From: an uncultured Candidatus Saccharibacteria bacterium
GTDB lineage: Bacteria > Patescibacteriota > Minisyncoccia > JACPXH01
Assembly: GCA_964409225.1 (NCBI GenBank)
Contig: CAYPCM010000004.1
Span: 1 to 58,407, forward strand
DNA: 58,407 bases
Direction: 5' to 3'
A program made the position numbers and the translations under genes. The notes below the pieces were generated by a model. It saw only the letters and a program-made list of their open reading frames with translations, did not search any database and was not told where the DNA came from. Shown here one piece after another: positions 1 to 9,833 of this stretch (its first letter is position 1; each line of letters begins with the position of its first letter).

Positions 1-194
1 TTCTTGCCAAAATAGAACTCGGCCCGGAGTTTCTCGCCGAAACTGCGCACATGGCCGCAAGCCGTTTCCCAAAAACCAGCCACTTGCTTGAACGAACCGC
101 TAGTTTCGTGGGGCATAAGCGCGATCTACTCACCGCCATCGGCACCGAAGTCCGCGCGGCCTTTGAAAAGTACGCCCCGCAAGCAGCGCTATGA
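1..194 (+). CDS. 3' end of a hypothetical protein (partial)
   Basis: Open frame from position 3 (LAKIELGPEFLAE...EKYAPQAAL) to a TGA that overlaps the next ATG (ATGA). Confidence 0.55.
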   Translation, partial: LAKIELGPEFLAETAHMAASRFPKTSHLLERTASFVGHKRDLLTAIGTEVRAAFEKYAPQAAL

Positions 195-364
195 CCAACC
201 CAAAGGCAGAACTCACTGCGCTCAACCGGCAACTTACGGCACTTGGCGAAAACGCCGAGGAACTGTCGTATTGGCAGGATATTTTCGAAGATCTCACTCA
301 AGAAGAACAAAAACAGTTGCTTGCTGGCTTGCGGGAAGAACTTTCTGCGCTACAATCCTTGTAG
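191..364 (+). CDS. Small acidic helical hypothetical protein (57 aa)
   Basis: MTNPKAELTALNRQL...ELSALQSL*; ATGA coupling to the upstream gene; below the ORF-track cutoff. Confidence 0.6.
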   Translation: MTNPKAELTALNRQLTALGENAEELSYWQDIFEDLTQEEQKQLLAGLREELSALQSL

Positions 365-383
365 GAATTTAACGCGTTGTTTG

Positions 384-524
384 CATCAAGCAGGGCAGGC
401 TCGAGCGGCTTCTGAGGCCGAGCGGGCATGGTCTCCGACTTTAGTCGGAGGAGCGAGGCCGAGGAGCAGCGAAAAATCCAACGCTTAAGGATTTTCGCGT
501 AGCGAGAGCCTGCCTTGCTTAATG
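384..524. repeat. Palindromic intergenic element with nested hairpins
   Basis: CATCAAGCAGGGCAGGCTC...GAGCCTGCCTTGCTTAATG terminal arms; inner CTCCGACTTTAGTCGGAG and GCGAAAAATCC/GGATTTTCGC hairpins. Confidence 0.65.
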
Positions 525-580
525 TCAGATCATGTTATGCCTGCTTTTTATGTAAATAACGCGATGATTTCTTACACTTA

Positions 581-1273
581 ATGCCGCACCTCCCCAACCC
601 GGGCAAACAACTTGAAATTCATATCGGCGCCGAACGCTGGCTGCGCCTGCCTGTAAAAACCCACCTCATCACGAGCCGCGACCGGCTTAGCGATATCGTA
701 AACCGCTACGTACGCCCTCATCTTAAAACAGACGACCTTGTGTTCATTTCCGAGCGCGTGGTGGCCATTACCCAAGGCCGAGCGTACCCGATAAAAGACA
801 TCCGGCCTTCCGGATGGGCCAAATTCTTCGTCCGCTTCGTGCACAAATCGCCCTATGGCATCGGTCTTGGCAGCCCGTGGACCATGGAGCTTGCCATCCG
901 CGAAGTGGGACTAACGAGAATATTCCTGGCGGCCGTGGGCGCTGCCTTCACCAAACCGTTTGGCATCCGCGGCGTGTTTTATCGCATCGCCGGGCCACAA
1001 GCAGCCGCGATAGACGGCCCTTGCGACTATACGCTTGCACCGTATAATGAATACGCGACACTGGGGCCGAGCGAACCGGATCGCGTGGCCCAAGAACTTT
1101 CACGCAAGTTGGGTGCGCCAGTGGTTATTATTGACGCCAACGACCTTGGCGTTTCAGTACTCGGCAAAAGCAAAGGGCTCACCGCTGAATTCGCAGGCGC
1201 GGTCTTCCGCGACAACCCACTGGGTCAAAGCGGCGAACAAACGCCGATGGCCATCGTGAGAAAATCCAAATGA
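581..1273 (+). CDS. F420-0:gamma-glutamyl ligase-like protein (CofE/F420_ligase family)
   Basis: SERVVAITQGR, AAIDG, IIDAND and DNPLGQSGEQTP motifs. Confidence 0.8.
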   Translation: MPHLPNPGKQLEIHIGAERWLRLPVKTHLITSRDRLSDIVNRYVRPHLKTDDLVFISERVVAITQGRAYPIKDIRPSGWAKFFVRFVHKSPYGIGLGSPWTMELAIREVGLTRIFLAAVGAAFTKPFGIRGVFYRIAGPQAAAIDGPCDYTLAPYNEYATLGPSEPDRVAQELSRKLGAPVVIIDANDLGVSVLGKSKGLTAEFAGAVFRDNPLGQSGEQTPMAIVRKSK

Positions 1274-1433
1274 CAAAATCCAAAGCTCAACTTCTCGACT
1301 CGTCCCTCGCCAGGATCGGGACTCGCTCGAAGAATAATTTTAGTATTCGAGCAAGCGAGTCTCTCGATTCGACTCGAGATGGCCTTCGCGAGCGCGTCGA
1401 GAATTTGACATTTGAGCTTTGATATTTGAAATT
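1262..1433. repeat. Composite palindromic element with AT-rich short-repeat arms
   Basis: AAATCCAAATGACAAAATCCAAAGCTCAA...TTTGACATTTGAGCTTTGATATTTGAAATT around TTCTCGAC/GTCGAGAA hairpins; related to 30495-30622. Confidence 0.6.
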
Positions 1434-1439
1434 CCGCCA

Positions 1440-2015
1440 ATGCCCCTCCTCCCCGAAACCAACGAACCGATAGTAAACCTGCGCGCGAAAAAATCAGCTG
1501 CGCCAGAAACGCCGGCCGAGCCACCTCAGCCCGCGCCCACGGTTGAAGCAAAGCCGGCGCGCGCGTTCTCCTGGCAAACCCCTGAATACGAAGAGCGACC
1601 GAGACCCAAGGGCTGGACCATGGCGGTAGTCGCAGTGGCGGCAGTGTTTGCCATTTTCGGCATGATCACGGAAAACCCCTTATTCGCAATAATAGTGGCG
1701 CTGTCGGCGATTCTCGTCATTATCTCGGCCAAACGGCCGGCCAGAATACTGGCAGTGCGAGTAGGTGAAAATGGCATCCTGATCAACGGCATGCTGCACC
1801 CTTGGGAGTCATTTATGTCTTTCTGGGTTATTGCCGCTCCAGGCAACCACCGCGAATTGCGCCTGCGCGCAAGCGGCTGGCTGCTGCCGTTTCTCACAGT
1901 GCCCATTGCCAACCAAGACCCCGACGCACTCCGGCTCTTCATCGCCGAATTCCTGCCCGAAAAAGAAGACCTCCCCTCACTTGCCGAAATAATGGCCGAA
2001 CGGTTAGGATTTTAA
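1440..2015 (+). CDS. Conserved membrane protein (two TM helices plus PH-like C-terminus)
   Basis: W..PEY motif, two hydrophobic helices, ends AERLGF. Confidence 0.7.
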   Translation: MPLLPETNEPIVNLRAKKSAAPETPAEPPQPAPTVEAKPARAFSWQTPEYEERPRPKGWTMAVVAVAAVFAIFGMITENPLFAIIVALSAILVIISAKRPARILAVRVGENGILINGMLHPWESFMSFWVIAAPGNHRELRLRASGWLLPFLTVPIANQDPDALRLFIAEFLPEKEDLPSLAEIMAERLGF

Positions 2016-2129
2016 AAGGCTCTAACCCCGTACCGCGACGTGAGAAGCAGTGCCTGCGGGCATCGATACGCGTACGCTCCAGCCAATTAACAAACTACCC
2101 ACGCATGCCCCGGGCATCGCTGGTCGCTC

Positions 2130-2292
2130 AAGGAATGCCCGGGGCGTTGCGTTCGGCCTCGCGTCCCTCGACGCGACTCGGGACAAGCTCGGCCGGCAAC
2201 GCCCGCGAAACGCCAAGCAGTTGGCGTTTCGCCCCCGCTCGGCCGTCGCAAGACAATAAATTGTCTTGCTCAATCCGCCAGCTGGCGGATTG
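2130..2292. repeat. Multi-hairpin element (AAGCAGTT-capped family), homolog of 20837-20952
   Basis: Shares GTCCCTCGACGCG(A/G)CTCGGGACA and GCGAAA(C/A)GCCAAGCAGTTGGC(G/T)TTTCGC with the 20.9 kb copy. Confidence 0.75.
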
Positions 2293-2300
2293 ACGGCCTC

Positions 2301-2374
2301 GCGCCCATAGCTCAATCGGACAGAGTGTCAGGTTGCGGACCTGAAGGTTGGAGGTTCGAGTCCTCCTGGGCGCA
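2301..2374 (+). tRNA. tRNA-Arg(GCG)
   Basis: Cloverleaf: acceptor GCGCCCA/TGGGCGC, anticodon arm TCAGG-TTGCGGA-CCTGA, T arm GGAGG-TTCGAGT-CCTCC. Confidence 0.93.
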
Positions 2375-2380
2375 CAAACC

Positions 2381-2412
2381 ACCAGCGCCCCGCCATTTGG
2401 CGGGGCGCTGGT
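2381..2412 (+). terminator. GC-rich hairpin after tRNA-Arg
   Basis: ACCAGCGCCCCGCCA-TT-TGGCGGGGCGCTGGT; no clear U tract. Confidence 0.45.
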
Positions 2413-2453
2413 GCGTTGCGACCTAACCGCCCCGTGCTGATATACTGAACCCA

Positions 2454-4685
2454 GTGGCTAAGAGCATCGTTTCTCCCAACCTCGCAAGCCCCGTAGCCAA
2501 GCTGCCGCGGGTGCGGCCGCTGGTGGCCAAACGCCTCAAAAACCTCGGTGTCGAAACCGTGCGCGACCTGCTCTTGCATCTGCCCCGGCGATACGACGAT
2601 TTCTCGAACGTAACGCAAATCAGAAATTTACAAGTGGGGGAGACCACCTCGGTAAAGGGGGAGGTGGCGTGGGTCAAATCCCAACGTACTTGGCGCAAGC
2701 GCATGGTGATTACCGAAGCCGTCATTGCCGACAAAACCGGCTCGGTGCGCGCGGTTTGGTTCAACCAACCGTACCTTGCCGATTCTCTCCGGCAGGGATA
2801 TCTCGTCGCTGTTTCCGGCAAGGTGTCCCTCGACCAACGAGGCCTCGTCTTCTCTCACCCGTCACACGAGGTGCTCCGCGGAACGCGAAGCGAAAAAGGG
2901 GAGTCGGAAACACTGCACACGGGCCGGCTCGTCCCTGTTTATCCCGAAACCGCCGGCCTTACGAGCCGCTGGCTAAGGTTCCTTATCCAACCGCTCGTAA
3001 AATCAGTAGGGGATTTACCCGATCCCCTGCCGGCTGAAACCCTGCGCCGCCACAAACTCCCTTTTTTCGGTGAAGCGCTTCAACAAGCTCACTTCCCTAC
3101 CAATCTCGAAACAGCCAAAGAGGGGAGACGGCGGCTCGCCTTTGAAGAACTGCTTTTAATCCAACTCGCCCACCAAAAGGCGCGGCGGAAAGTGAAAACG
3201 CTGGCCGCGCCCGCAATCACCCTCAACCTTGAAACAGTCAAGGCCTTTGTCGCTGCCCTACCCTTCGCCCTTACCAATGCCCAGCGCAAAGCCGCCTGGG
3301 AAATCCTGCAGGACATTACCAAGCCCCACCCGATGGCGAGGTTGCTGGAGGGCGACGTGGGCTCTGGTAAAACCGCGGTGGCGGCAATCGCCGCGAATGC
3401 AGCCGCTCATGCCGGCTATCAAACTGCTTTCATGGCGCCCACTGAAATACTCGCGCGCCAACACTTTTACACGCTCAATAAACTCTTTGCACACACACCC
3501 CACTCGGTTGGATTACTGACAAACTCTGAGGCACGGATTGCGCGAGGCGGCACAGAAGAAACGATGCCGAAGCGCCGTCTGGTCGCAAGCGTCGAAGCCG
3601 AACTCATTGACGTGCTGGTGGGGACGCACGCACTGCTGCAAAAAAACGTCTCCATACCCAAGCTCGCCTTCGTCGTCGTTGATGAGCAGCATCGGTTCGG
3701 GGTGGAGCAGCGAGCCGCACTAATGCGGAACCACGAACCAGAAATAAAAAAACTGGGAGAAGCAAACGAAATCAAAATTCAAAATTCAAAATTCAAAATT
3801 CCTCATTTATTGAGCATGTCTGCCACCCCCATTCCCCGCACCCTCGCACTAACTATCTACGGCGATCTGGATCTGTCGATCCTCAACGAACTGCCCAAAG
3901 GCAGACGTGCCATTGAAACGCGGCTGCTCCCGCCGGTTGAACGCAAACGCGCGTACAAATTCGTCCGCGATCAAGTTCGGCTGGGTCGGCAAGCGTTCGT
4001 CATCTGCCCGCGCATCGACCCCCAGAGCGCAGACGAACGCGGAAGTGTTATGCGCGAGTCCGCGTTCCACCAACGTCAGTCCGCGCTTGCGCTATGGGAG
4101 GTAAAAGCAGTCACAGACGAATATCAGAAACTTTCTAAAACAATATTTCCTGACCTGAGGGTGGGCATGCTGCACGGCAAGCTCCCGGCAAAGGAGAAAG
4201 CCAAAACAATGACGCAGTTTGCAAACGGTAATCTCGACATACTCGTGTCCACCTCTGTCGTGGAAGTCGGCGTGGACATCCCCAACGCGACCGTGATGAT
4301 GATTGAGGGCGCGGAACACTTCGGTTTGGCGCAGTTATACCAATTTCGAGGCCGCGTGGGTCGAGCCGAACACCAGTCGTATTGCCTGTTATGCACCGAT
4401 TCCACGGCCAGAGCGGCGCATGAGCGCCTCAAAGCAATTGTCGAAGCGAAATCCGGCTTCGAGCTTGCGGAAAAAGATCTGCAGTTGCGAGGCCCGGGCG
4501 ATTTTCTGGGCACGCGCCAATCAGGGCTCCCAGATCTCGCCATGGCAAGCTTGTCAGACGGCCGACTCATCAAAGCCGCACGAACCGAAGCCGAGTTGCT
4601 GCTTCAACAAAACGCCGACCTCTCGCGCTGGCCGCTGCTCAAGCAACGCCTGACAGAGTTTGAAAATGAAGCCCACCTAGAATGA
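2454..4685 (+). CDS. recG: ATP-dependent DNA helicase RecG
   Basis: Wedge/OB domain, GDVGSGKT, DEQHRFG, SATPIPRT, QFRGRVGR, RGPGDFLGTRQSG. Confidence 0.97.
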   Translation: MAKSIVSPNLASPVAKLPRVRPLVAKRLKNLGVETVRDLLLHLPRRYDDFSNVTQIRNLQVGETTSVKGEVAWVKSQRTWRKRMVITEAVIADKTGSVRAVWFNQPYLADSLRQGYLVAVSGKVSLDQRGLVFSHPSHEVLRGTRSEKGESETLHTGRLVPVYPETAGLTSRWLRFLIQPLVKSVGDLPDPLPAETLRRHKLPFFGEALQQAHFPTNLETAKEGRRRLAFEELLLIQLAHQKARRKVKTLAAPAITLNLETVKAFVAALPFALTNAQRKAAWEILQDITKPHPMARLLEGDVGSGKTAVAAIAANAAAHAGYQTAFMAPTEILARQHFYTLNKLFAHTPHSVGLLTNSEARIARGGTEETMPKRRLVASVEAELIDVLVGTHALLQKNVSIPKLAFVVVDEQHRFGVEQRAALMRNHEPEIKKLGEANEIKIQNSKFKIPHLLSMSATPIPRTLALTIYGDLDLSILNELPKGRRAIETRLLPPVERKRAYKFVRDQVRLGRQAFVICPRIDPQSADERGSVMRESAFHQRQSALALWEVKAVTDEYQKLSKTIFPDLRVGMLHGKLPAKEKAKTMTQFANGNLDILVSTSVVEVGVDIPNATVMMIEGAEHFGLAQLYQFRGRVGRAEHQSYCLLCTDSTARAAHERLKAIVEAKSGFELAEKDLQLRGPGDFLGTRQSGLPDLAMASLSDGRLIKAARTEAELLLQQNADLSRWPLLKQRLTEFENEAHLE

Positions 4686-4863
4686 TCAAGGCTCGCCACA
4701 AGAAGTTTCCTAATTGTGTCACGATCGTAGCATAATTAGGAAAGAGGCAGTGCGGCCTAACTTGACGCAAAAACTTTTACTGTGCTAGTCTACAAATACG
4801 TTCTCTCGCAATGATGACGCGGGTGGGGGCCTTGCCTAGAACGTTGCCGAATATGGAGGGGCT

Positions 4864-5295
4864 ATGGCAACGACGCAAGCTCCCATCGTGATGCCGCAAG
4901 GAGTCCTGGTAAAGAGGAATGGCAACGGAAGCCAGCCCGTGTGGGTAAAGCTCGAGTTTGTTTTGGGTGGCGTGCCGGGACGTCTGGCTAGCCACCGGAC
5001 CGAACTCATCGGCGGGGTAGTTGAACCCGTCGAGCTCATCCAATACAACGCTGATCCGTTGCGCCAGTGGTCGGATCTTCTTTTGCCGAGCGGCAACAAG
5101 GTTTCGCTCCCAAACAACAAGATCCGGTTCCACGACAACCAGGACGAGGCAAGGGCAGCCCGGGGCATACTCGAGCGGGTCAAGGCGGAGATCCGTGCGC
5201 AGGAACTTCGCCCGATCCAACAAGAGCAGGCCTACCACAACCACAACGGCGGCCAAAGGAGCAGAGCGATCGCCGCCCGAGGTCGGCCACGGTAA
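4864..5295 (+). CDS. Hypothetical protein
   Basis: 143-aa ORF with strong SD (GGAGGG) and a candidate TTGACG promoter at about 4762. Confidence 0.55.
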   Translation: MATTQAPIVMPQGVLVKRNGNGSQPVWVKLEFVLGGVPGRLASHRTELIGGVVEPVELIQYNADPLRQWSDLLLPSGNKVSLPNNKIRFHDNQDEARAARGILERVKAEIRAQELRPIQQEQAYHNHNGGQRSRAIAARGRPR

Positions 5296-5399
5296 CGCAA
5301 TCCCGAGCGTAACTGTCGGCCCCCACCTGCGTCTCCTCTTTTGTGCAACGTTCTTTCTCTCGACCGGGACATGAGCTTAGCCCCTCAGCCCCCCGGTCA

Positions 5400-5474
5400 G
5401 CCCGTAGCGACGAACCAACTGTCCGGCCGGACAGAACGTGCCGCGAGGCACTTTTCGGTTCGCTCGCTACGGGC
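5400..5474. repeat. Branched palindromic element
   Basis: GCCCGTAGCGA..GAACC / GGTTCG..TCGCTACGGGC stem enclosing CTGTCCGGCCGGACAG and GTGCCGCGAGGCAC hairpins. Confidence 0.55.
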
Positions 5475-5570
5475 TTTTTTCATCCCGCACTTTCCAGAAT
5501 GCTCTTGAAAAAGGTACGGAGTGAATACTTCCCGTGGGGTCCATATATCCCGCGGGAATGCAGGATTTAT

Positions 5571-7130
5571 TCATATTTTTGGAGTCACCCAAAACCCCAT
5601 ATATTTGCCGAACATGAGCCGGGTTTGCGCCTCGAGTCCCGGGAACGCGCCGAACACCAAAATCGTTACCGGCATAAGGAGCCACTGCACCGCCATCCAC
5701 AGATAGCGCCGCCGACCGAAATCAGGGGGCTTAGGCGGCAAGAGGTTAAGCGACAGCACCGCCGACGAAATCATCCCAACCATAGCGAGCGTCATGAGAT
5801 CCCGAGTAATCACGGGCAAGTGCGCTGAAAGCACTGTCGTCGTAAAAGCCGTGCCGCCAAGAAAAAGAGGCAACCACCCCAATAGAAAAATAATTAGCGC
5901 GTTCGTGGCCCACGCGTGGAAACCCTCTATCACCATAAAACCAAACCTTAATTTCTTCCGAAAAGGAATGTTCCGATTCTTGGAAAAGCCGTAAAGAAAG
6001 TAAGGAATGTTTTCAACGCCATAGCCCCAGCGACGCTGCTGTCGGTACACGTTGGCAAGTGTTCGCCAGAAGGACGGCACAACATTAGCGTCCATCTCCA
6101 CCGGGAAGTACAGCGGCACCACCCGCCAGTTGCCGTCAAAGAAAAGATAGCACTGCCAGAAAATGCGCGAGTCCTCCGAAACCACGTTCGTCTGCCAATA
6201 ACCGATTTCGACAAGCGGCGCAAATGACATCGCGTGAGATGAAAACGTGGTCTGCCGTTCCGGCCGCTCTTGCTGCATCATGTGCCAGAACGTGGCCGAG
6301 AAAGCGACCACGCGCGCCAGAGCCGGCGCCTGCCAGATGTTGTTGGTATAAAACGGAACCGGCTGAAAACTTTTGCGCGTGGGTTCGGGTGTCGTCAGGT
6401 AGTGCCAAGTAAGGCAAGCGAAATAGTCGGGCTTGACCACGGTATCAATGTCGAGCACCGACGTAATAATGTGATCGTACGGGATTCCAATCGGATCAAT
6501 AATTTTATCCTTCACCTCACGCGCCGACCATGTTTCATTCGACCCCTTGCCAGCAATCTCGCCGGGAATACCGGCCGGGTGAACTGTAATGAGGAATTGG
6601 CCAAACCGTCGGCCGAACTCGCGCTCCATGGCGGCCGCAATCTCGCGAGCGGTTTCGCCCACGCGCTCTTCAATCGCCATCACCACCATGATGCGATCCA
6701 GCGGATAGCGCGAGGCGGCGAGCGCAGCGAGCGTGGGCCGAACCACGGCACTCCCCTCGGTCGCCATAGGCAGAATGACAAGGTGCCACAAATCTCTCCA
6801 CGCACCAACCGGCAAAGTGTACACCACCGGGGATAACGCCTCCAATTTTTTAAGCCAGTCAGTGGCGAGATGCTGGTTAAGGCGCCGATAGGCCGCGCGC
6901 AAATGCACAGAGAGGTAAACGGTCTTGACGAGCCAATACACGTCAAAAGCAATAACAAAAAGCGCCGCCGCCACCGGTTGAAGCCACGCACCGAGCACGA
7001 CGGCCAGAAGCGTCAGCCACGCGATCACGCCGGGAAACATCTCCAGCCGCCGATAGCGCGCGCGTTCAACCGGATCCTCCAGTTCAGAGGCCCGGCCGAG
7101 GCGCAGATACGAACGATCGACAACTGTCAT
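5571..7130 (-). CDS. Membrane-bound family 2 glycosyltransferase (processive, cellulose-synthase-like)
   Basis: GKGSN, DID, SED and QQRRW (D,D,D,QxxRW) motifs with flanking TM helices. Confidence 0.9.
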   Translation of the reverse strand: MTVVDRSYLRLGRASELEDPVERARYRRLEMFPGVIAWLTLLAVVLGAWLQPVAAALFVIAFDVYWLVKTVYLSVHLRAAYRRLNQHLATDWLKKLEALSPVVYTLPVGAWRDLWHLVILPMATEGSAVVRPTLAALAASRYPLDRIMVVMAIEERVGETAREIAAAMEREFGRRFGQFLITVHPAGIPGEIAGKGSNETWSAREVKDKIIDPIGIPYDHIITSVLDIDTVVKPDYFACLTWHYLTTPEPTRKSFQPVPFYTNNIWQAPALARVVAFSATFWHMMQQERPERQTTFSSHAMSFAPLVEIGYWQTNVVSEDSRIFWQCYLFFDGNWRVVPLYFPVEMDANVVPSFWRTLANVYRQQRRWGYGVENIPYFLYGFSKNRNIPFRKKLRFGFMVIEGFHAWATNALIIFLLGWLPLFLGGTAFTTTVLSAHLPVITRDLMTLAMVGMISSAVLSLNLLPPKPPDFGRRRYLWMAVQWLLMPVTILVFGAFPGLEAQTRLMFGKYMGFWVTPKI

Positions 7131-7246
7131 AGCTCAACAGTACCACCCTATTCCATATTCTGCGATACAACAACACGTACGGTAACTGACGTAAACGCTA
7201 AGGCCGCGAGCGCTCCACGCTCGCGGCCTTCGAAAAAGAACGTGCA

Positions 7247-7495
7247 CTACTCCCCTCCCCGTTGGACAAAGGAGCCCACGAACTCCTCCGCCGCGGCCTT
7301 GCGCGCCTCTTCGCCGCTGCCGAAGTTCTTGCGTTGTGCTATTCCCTCGAGCACACGGTCAACCTCGGCGGCCACCTCATCGATCCTTTCTCTCAACTCC
7401 TTTCCTTTCTTCACCACCGCCTGGGTGTTCGGCACCCGCTCGTCAACCTGCGCGCTATTCCGACGCTGCGATTGTTCCTTTTCCTGCTGTGCCAT
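7247..7495 (-). CDS. pup: Prokaryotic ubiquitin-like protein Pup homolog
   Basis: 82 aa; MAQ start, charged N-terminus, IDEVAAEVDRVLE helix and AEEFVGSFVQRGGE C-terminus resembling Pup (AEDFVRAYVQKGGQ/E); SD AAGGGTGA. Confidence 0.72.
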   Translation of the reverse strand: MAQQEKEQSQRRNSAQVDERVPNTQAVVKKGKELRERIDEVAAEVDRVLEGIAQRKNFGSGEEARKAAAEEFVGSFVQRGGE

Positions 7496-7914
7496 ATCTC
7501 ACCCTTTGACTCAAAGGGTTCAGCGTATGAAGAACTGGTCCCGATGAAAGGACTCGTGGGCCGGCAATGGCGAAAACGAGCTCACGGGGCGTAGCCCTTC
7601 CATCGGGACGTTTAAACGGTACCGCAGCGCCACCACAAAATCAATCGCTGCTGCGAAGAATTAATTTCGGATACCCAGCGTCAGCGAGGGTTGCTGCCGA
7701 GGCTGACGAACAGTCTTGCTGTGTAAAGCCGGGCGCCGTCGCTCCTGAAGCGACATCCGCAGCTGCCTGGCACGGTCCGAGCACTCAACGCCTTGAGTGC
7801 TCGGCAGGCAGCGAGGACAGAGTGAGCGAGTCGCTGGACGAGCGAACGATCGCTGAAGGAGCGCGGCGCCTGGCCCCTCGGATGCGGTATGGACGCGAAA
7901 TGTGCTCGCCCCAG

Positions 7915-8937
7915 TTAACGTGCGGCAGCAGCAAACAGCTTCTTCGCCTCTTCCCACATCTCCGGCTGGCCGTATTTTGTTTTCAACCAATACCACCACT
8001 CCGCGCCCCAAAAGTATACTTCGTCAAAACCGGTGTCGCGTTCAAAGCGGACGATAGCGCGAAATTTTTCTGCGTCCATGGACTTTGCCATCTCTTCAAA
8101 CGAAAGCTCATGATTCTGCTTCGGCCCCCACGGTTCGCCCTGCAATTCTACAACGATAATCCGCTTGGTGCGCAAAAACGTTTTCACCATCCACGCCTTT
8201 ATCCTGAAAAACACCGGTCCCATGGGATAATGTACATAGCCAATCCGCCGGTCCCAAACCGTGCGATACATGGTGGTGCCGAATACATCCGAGCGCTTGG
8301 CTGCGCGCACCCATCGGCCAAGTTCGCCTGAATCCGTAATCACTATGGCTCTGTCGTCGAGCTCTCGCACAAGCGCAATCTCTCGATCGAGCAGACCCGC
8401 GTCAAGCCATGGACACTCGCCAAACCCAAACAAGAATGGTTCATTCTCAACCTGCCAACCCCAAATTGCCCTTGACCCGCGGTAACGCTGCACCACTTCT
8501 TTAATATAGTCCAATAACTCCTCGTTGCGCTTTTCTGCCGCCAGAGAGTTCGTCCAGCCGGGCAAGTGACATTCCGGCCAGCCGGGCAGACGCATTCCTA
8601 CCGCCAGAAGCACAGAGACGTTTCGCGCCTCGGCTTCGCGGATGAAAAAGTCGAGTTCGTCCCATGAAAACGCATCCTTTTCTGTTTCCACTCGATCCCA
8701 ATACGCTGCCAGACGCAGACGCCGCGCGCCGAGATCATCGAGTATGGCGAGATAGGCGCGGCGTACGTCAAGCCCGTAGAGGTCGGCGGCGCGCTTGGGA
8801 GAAAATGTAACGCCATAGCGCACGTCGCGGTTATCCGGCACCTCGCGCACCTGCCACCACGCCACCCCCACCACCACCCCGAGCAGCAAAAGCGCCAAGA
8901 TGACTAACCGAAACAGCCAACGCACAAGTCGTCTCAT
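7915..8937 (-). CDS. Membrane-anchored glycoside hydrolase (clan GH-A, GH5/GH42-like)
   Basis: N-terminal TM, WQVENEP acid/base motif, ELQGEPW nucleophile region. Confidence 0.8.
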   Translation of the reverse strand: MRRLVRWLFRLVILALLLLGVVVGVAWWQVREVPDNRDVRYGVTFSPKRAADLYGLDVRRAYLAILDDLGARRLRLAAYWDRVETEKDAFSWDELDFFIREAEARNVSVLLAVGMRLPGWPECHLPGWTNSLAAEKRNEELLDYIKEVVQRYRGSRAIWGWQVENEPFLFGFGECPWLDAGLLDREIALVRELDDRAIVITDSGELGRWVRAAKRSDVFGTTMYRTVWDRRIGYVHYPMGPVFFRIKAWMVKTFLRTKRIIVVELQGEPWGPKQNHELSFEEMAKSMDAEKFRAIVRFERDTGFDEVYFWGAEWWYWLKTKYGQPEMWEEAKKLFAAAAR

Positions 8938-9833
8938 ACCGCAGCAGTAGTTAACATTGCCAGTCCCGCGCCCACCGCGGCTAAGCCCGCGACTTTATTC
9001 AAAATACTTGCGGCGCGAAGGTCTTCGGTCAACAGTCGCGGCGCTACCACTGACAAACCAAGTACAATCAAGAAGAGAAAGGCGAACTCAACACCCCGCA
9101 GGGCGTTCACGAGGGCCGGGCTCGCGAGCGCAACCGCCGCGTTTACCAAGAGAGACCCCGTGCCGGCAATAAGACGATTCCCAAGCACCACTGCGCCAAG
9201 CCAAACAGTTGTCTCCTTGGGTTGCCGCCCACGTTTCCAGAAACGGCGCAGCGCCAACCACAACGTAACCGCGCCGGCAAACGCGCCAAGCCGTGTCCAG
9301 ATGAACCCATTTATGAACCCAAGCTCCGCAAAAACTAACTTCGCCAGAAAAAAGTACAGCGCCGAAGCAAGCCCCGCCACTGCCACTAGCAGCGCAAAGC
9401 CGGCGACCGCTGTGGGCTTACCACGCCGATGCGTAAGAAAAAAGGTGCCTATGACAAGCAAACCCGCCGCGAGCAAATCCGCCGCAGTGAATTGCGTTAC
9501 CAGCGCGTAGCGCTCGATAACCAACAGTATAACAACTACCAGCGCACCGTAAATTGGAACTACGCGCGACGGCTCAAAACGCTGGAGTAAACGAAAAATG
9601 AACATAATGCTGCCAAGAAAAACAAGGCCTGCCAGCACGCTCAAGACAACCCAGATCGAAGGCGGTACACTGAACCCCCACGGCGCAAGCACAAACGCAA
9701 AAATACTGGCCAGGCCCACATAGGTTGCGTAACGTACCGGCTCCGGCACAGACCGTCGCAAAACCACGGTATCCACCGTAACGGCCACGGCGTTGCAAAA
9801 GTATCCACCGAGAACGAAAAGAAGCCAGGTCAT
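8934..9833 (-). CDS. EamA/DMT-family transporter
   Basis: About 10 TM helices in two repeats; start taken at MTWLLF. Confidence 0.75.
   Translation of the reverse strand: MTWLLFVLGGYFCNAVAVTVDTVVLRRSVPEPVRYATYVGLASIFAFVLAPWGFSVPPSIWVVLSVLAGLVFLGSIMFIFRLLQRFEPSRVVPIYGALVVVILLVIERYALVTQFTAADLLAAGLLVIGTFFLTHRRGKPTAVAGFALLVAVAGLASALYFFLAKLVFAELGFINGFIWTRLGAFAGAVTLWLALRRFWKRGRQPKETTVWLGAVVLGNRLIAGTGSLLVNAAVALASPALVNALRGVEFAFLFLIVLGLSVVAPRLLTEDLRAASILNKVAGLAAVGAGLAMLTTAAV

Noticed and set aside
581-1273. Evidence of F420 biosynthesis or methanogen origin
   Set aside because: A standalone ligase-like gene; such homologs occur without F420 pathways, and all core genes here are bacterial.
7567-8331. 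Long antisense or alternate-frame ORFs (e.g. 7567-8331, 23126-23830, 31802-32734, 33387-34130)
   Set aside because: They shadow well-supported genes in GC-rich DNA and show no recognisable motifs.
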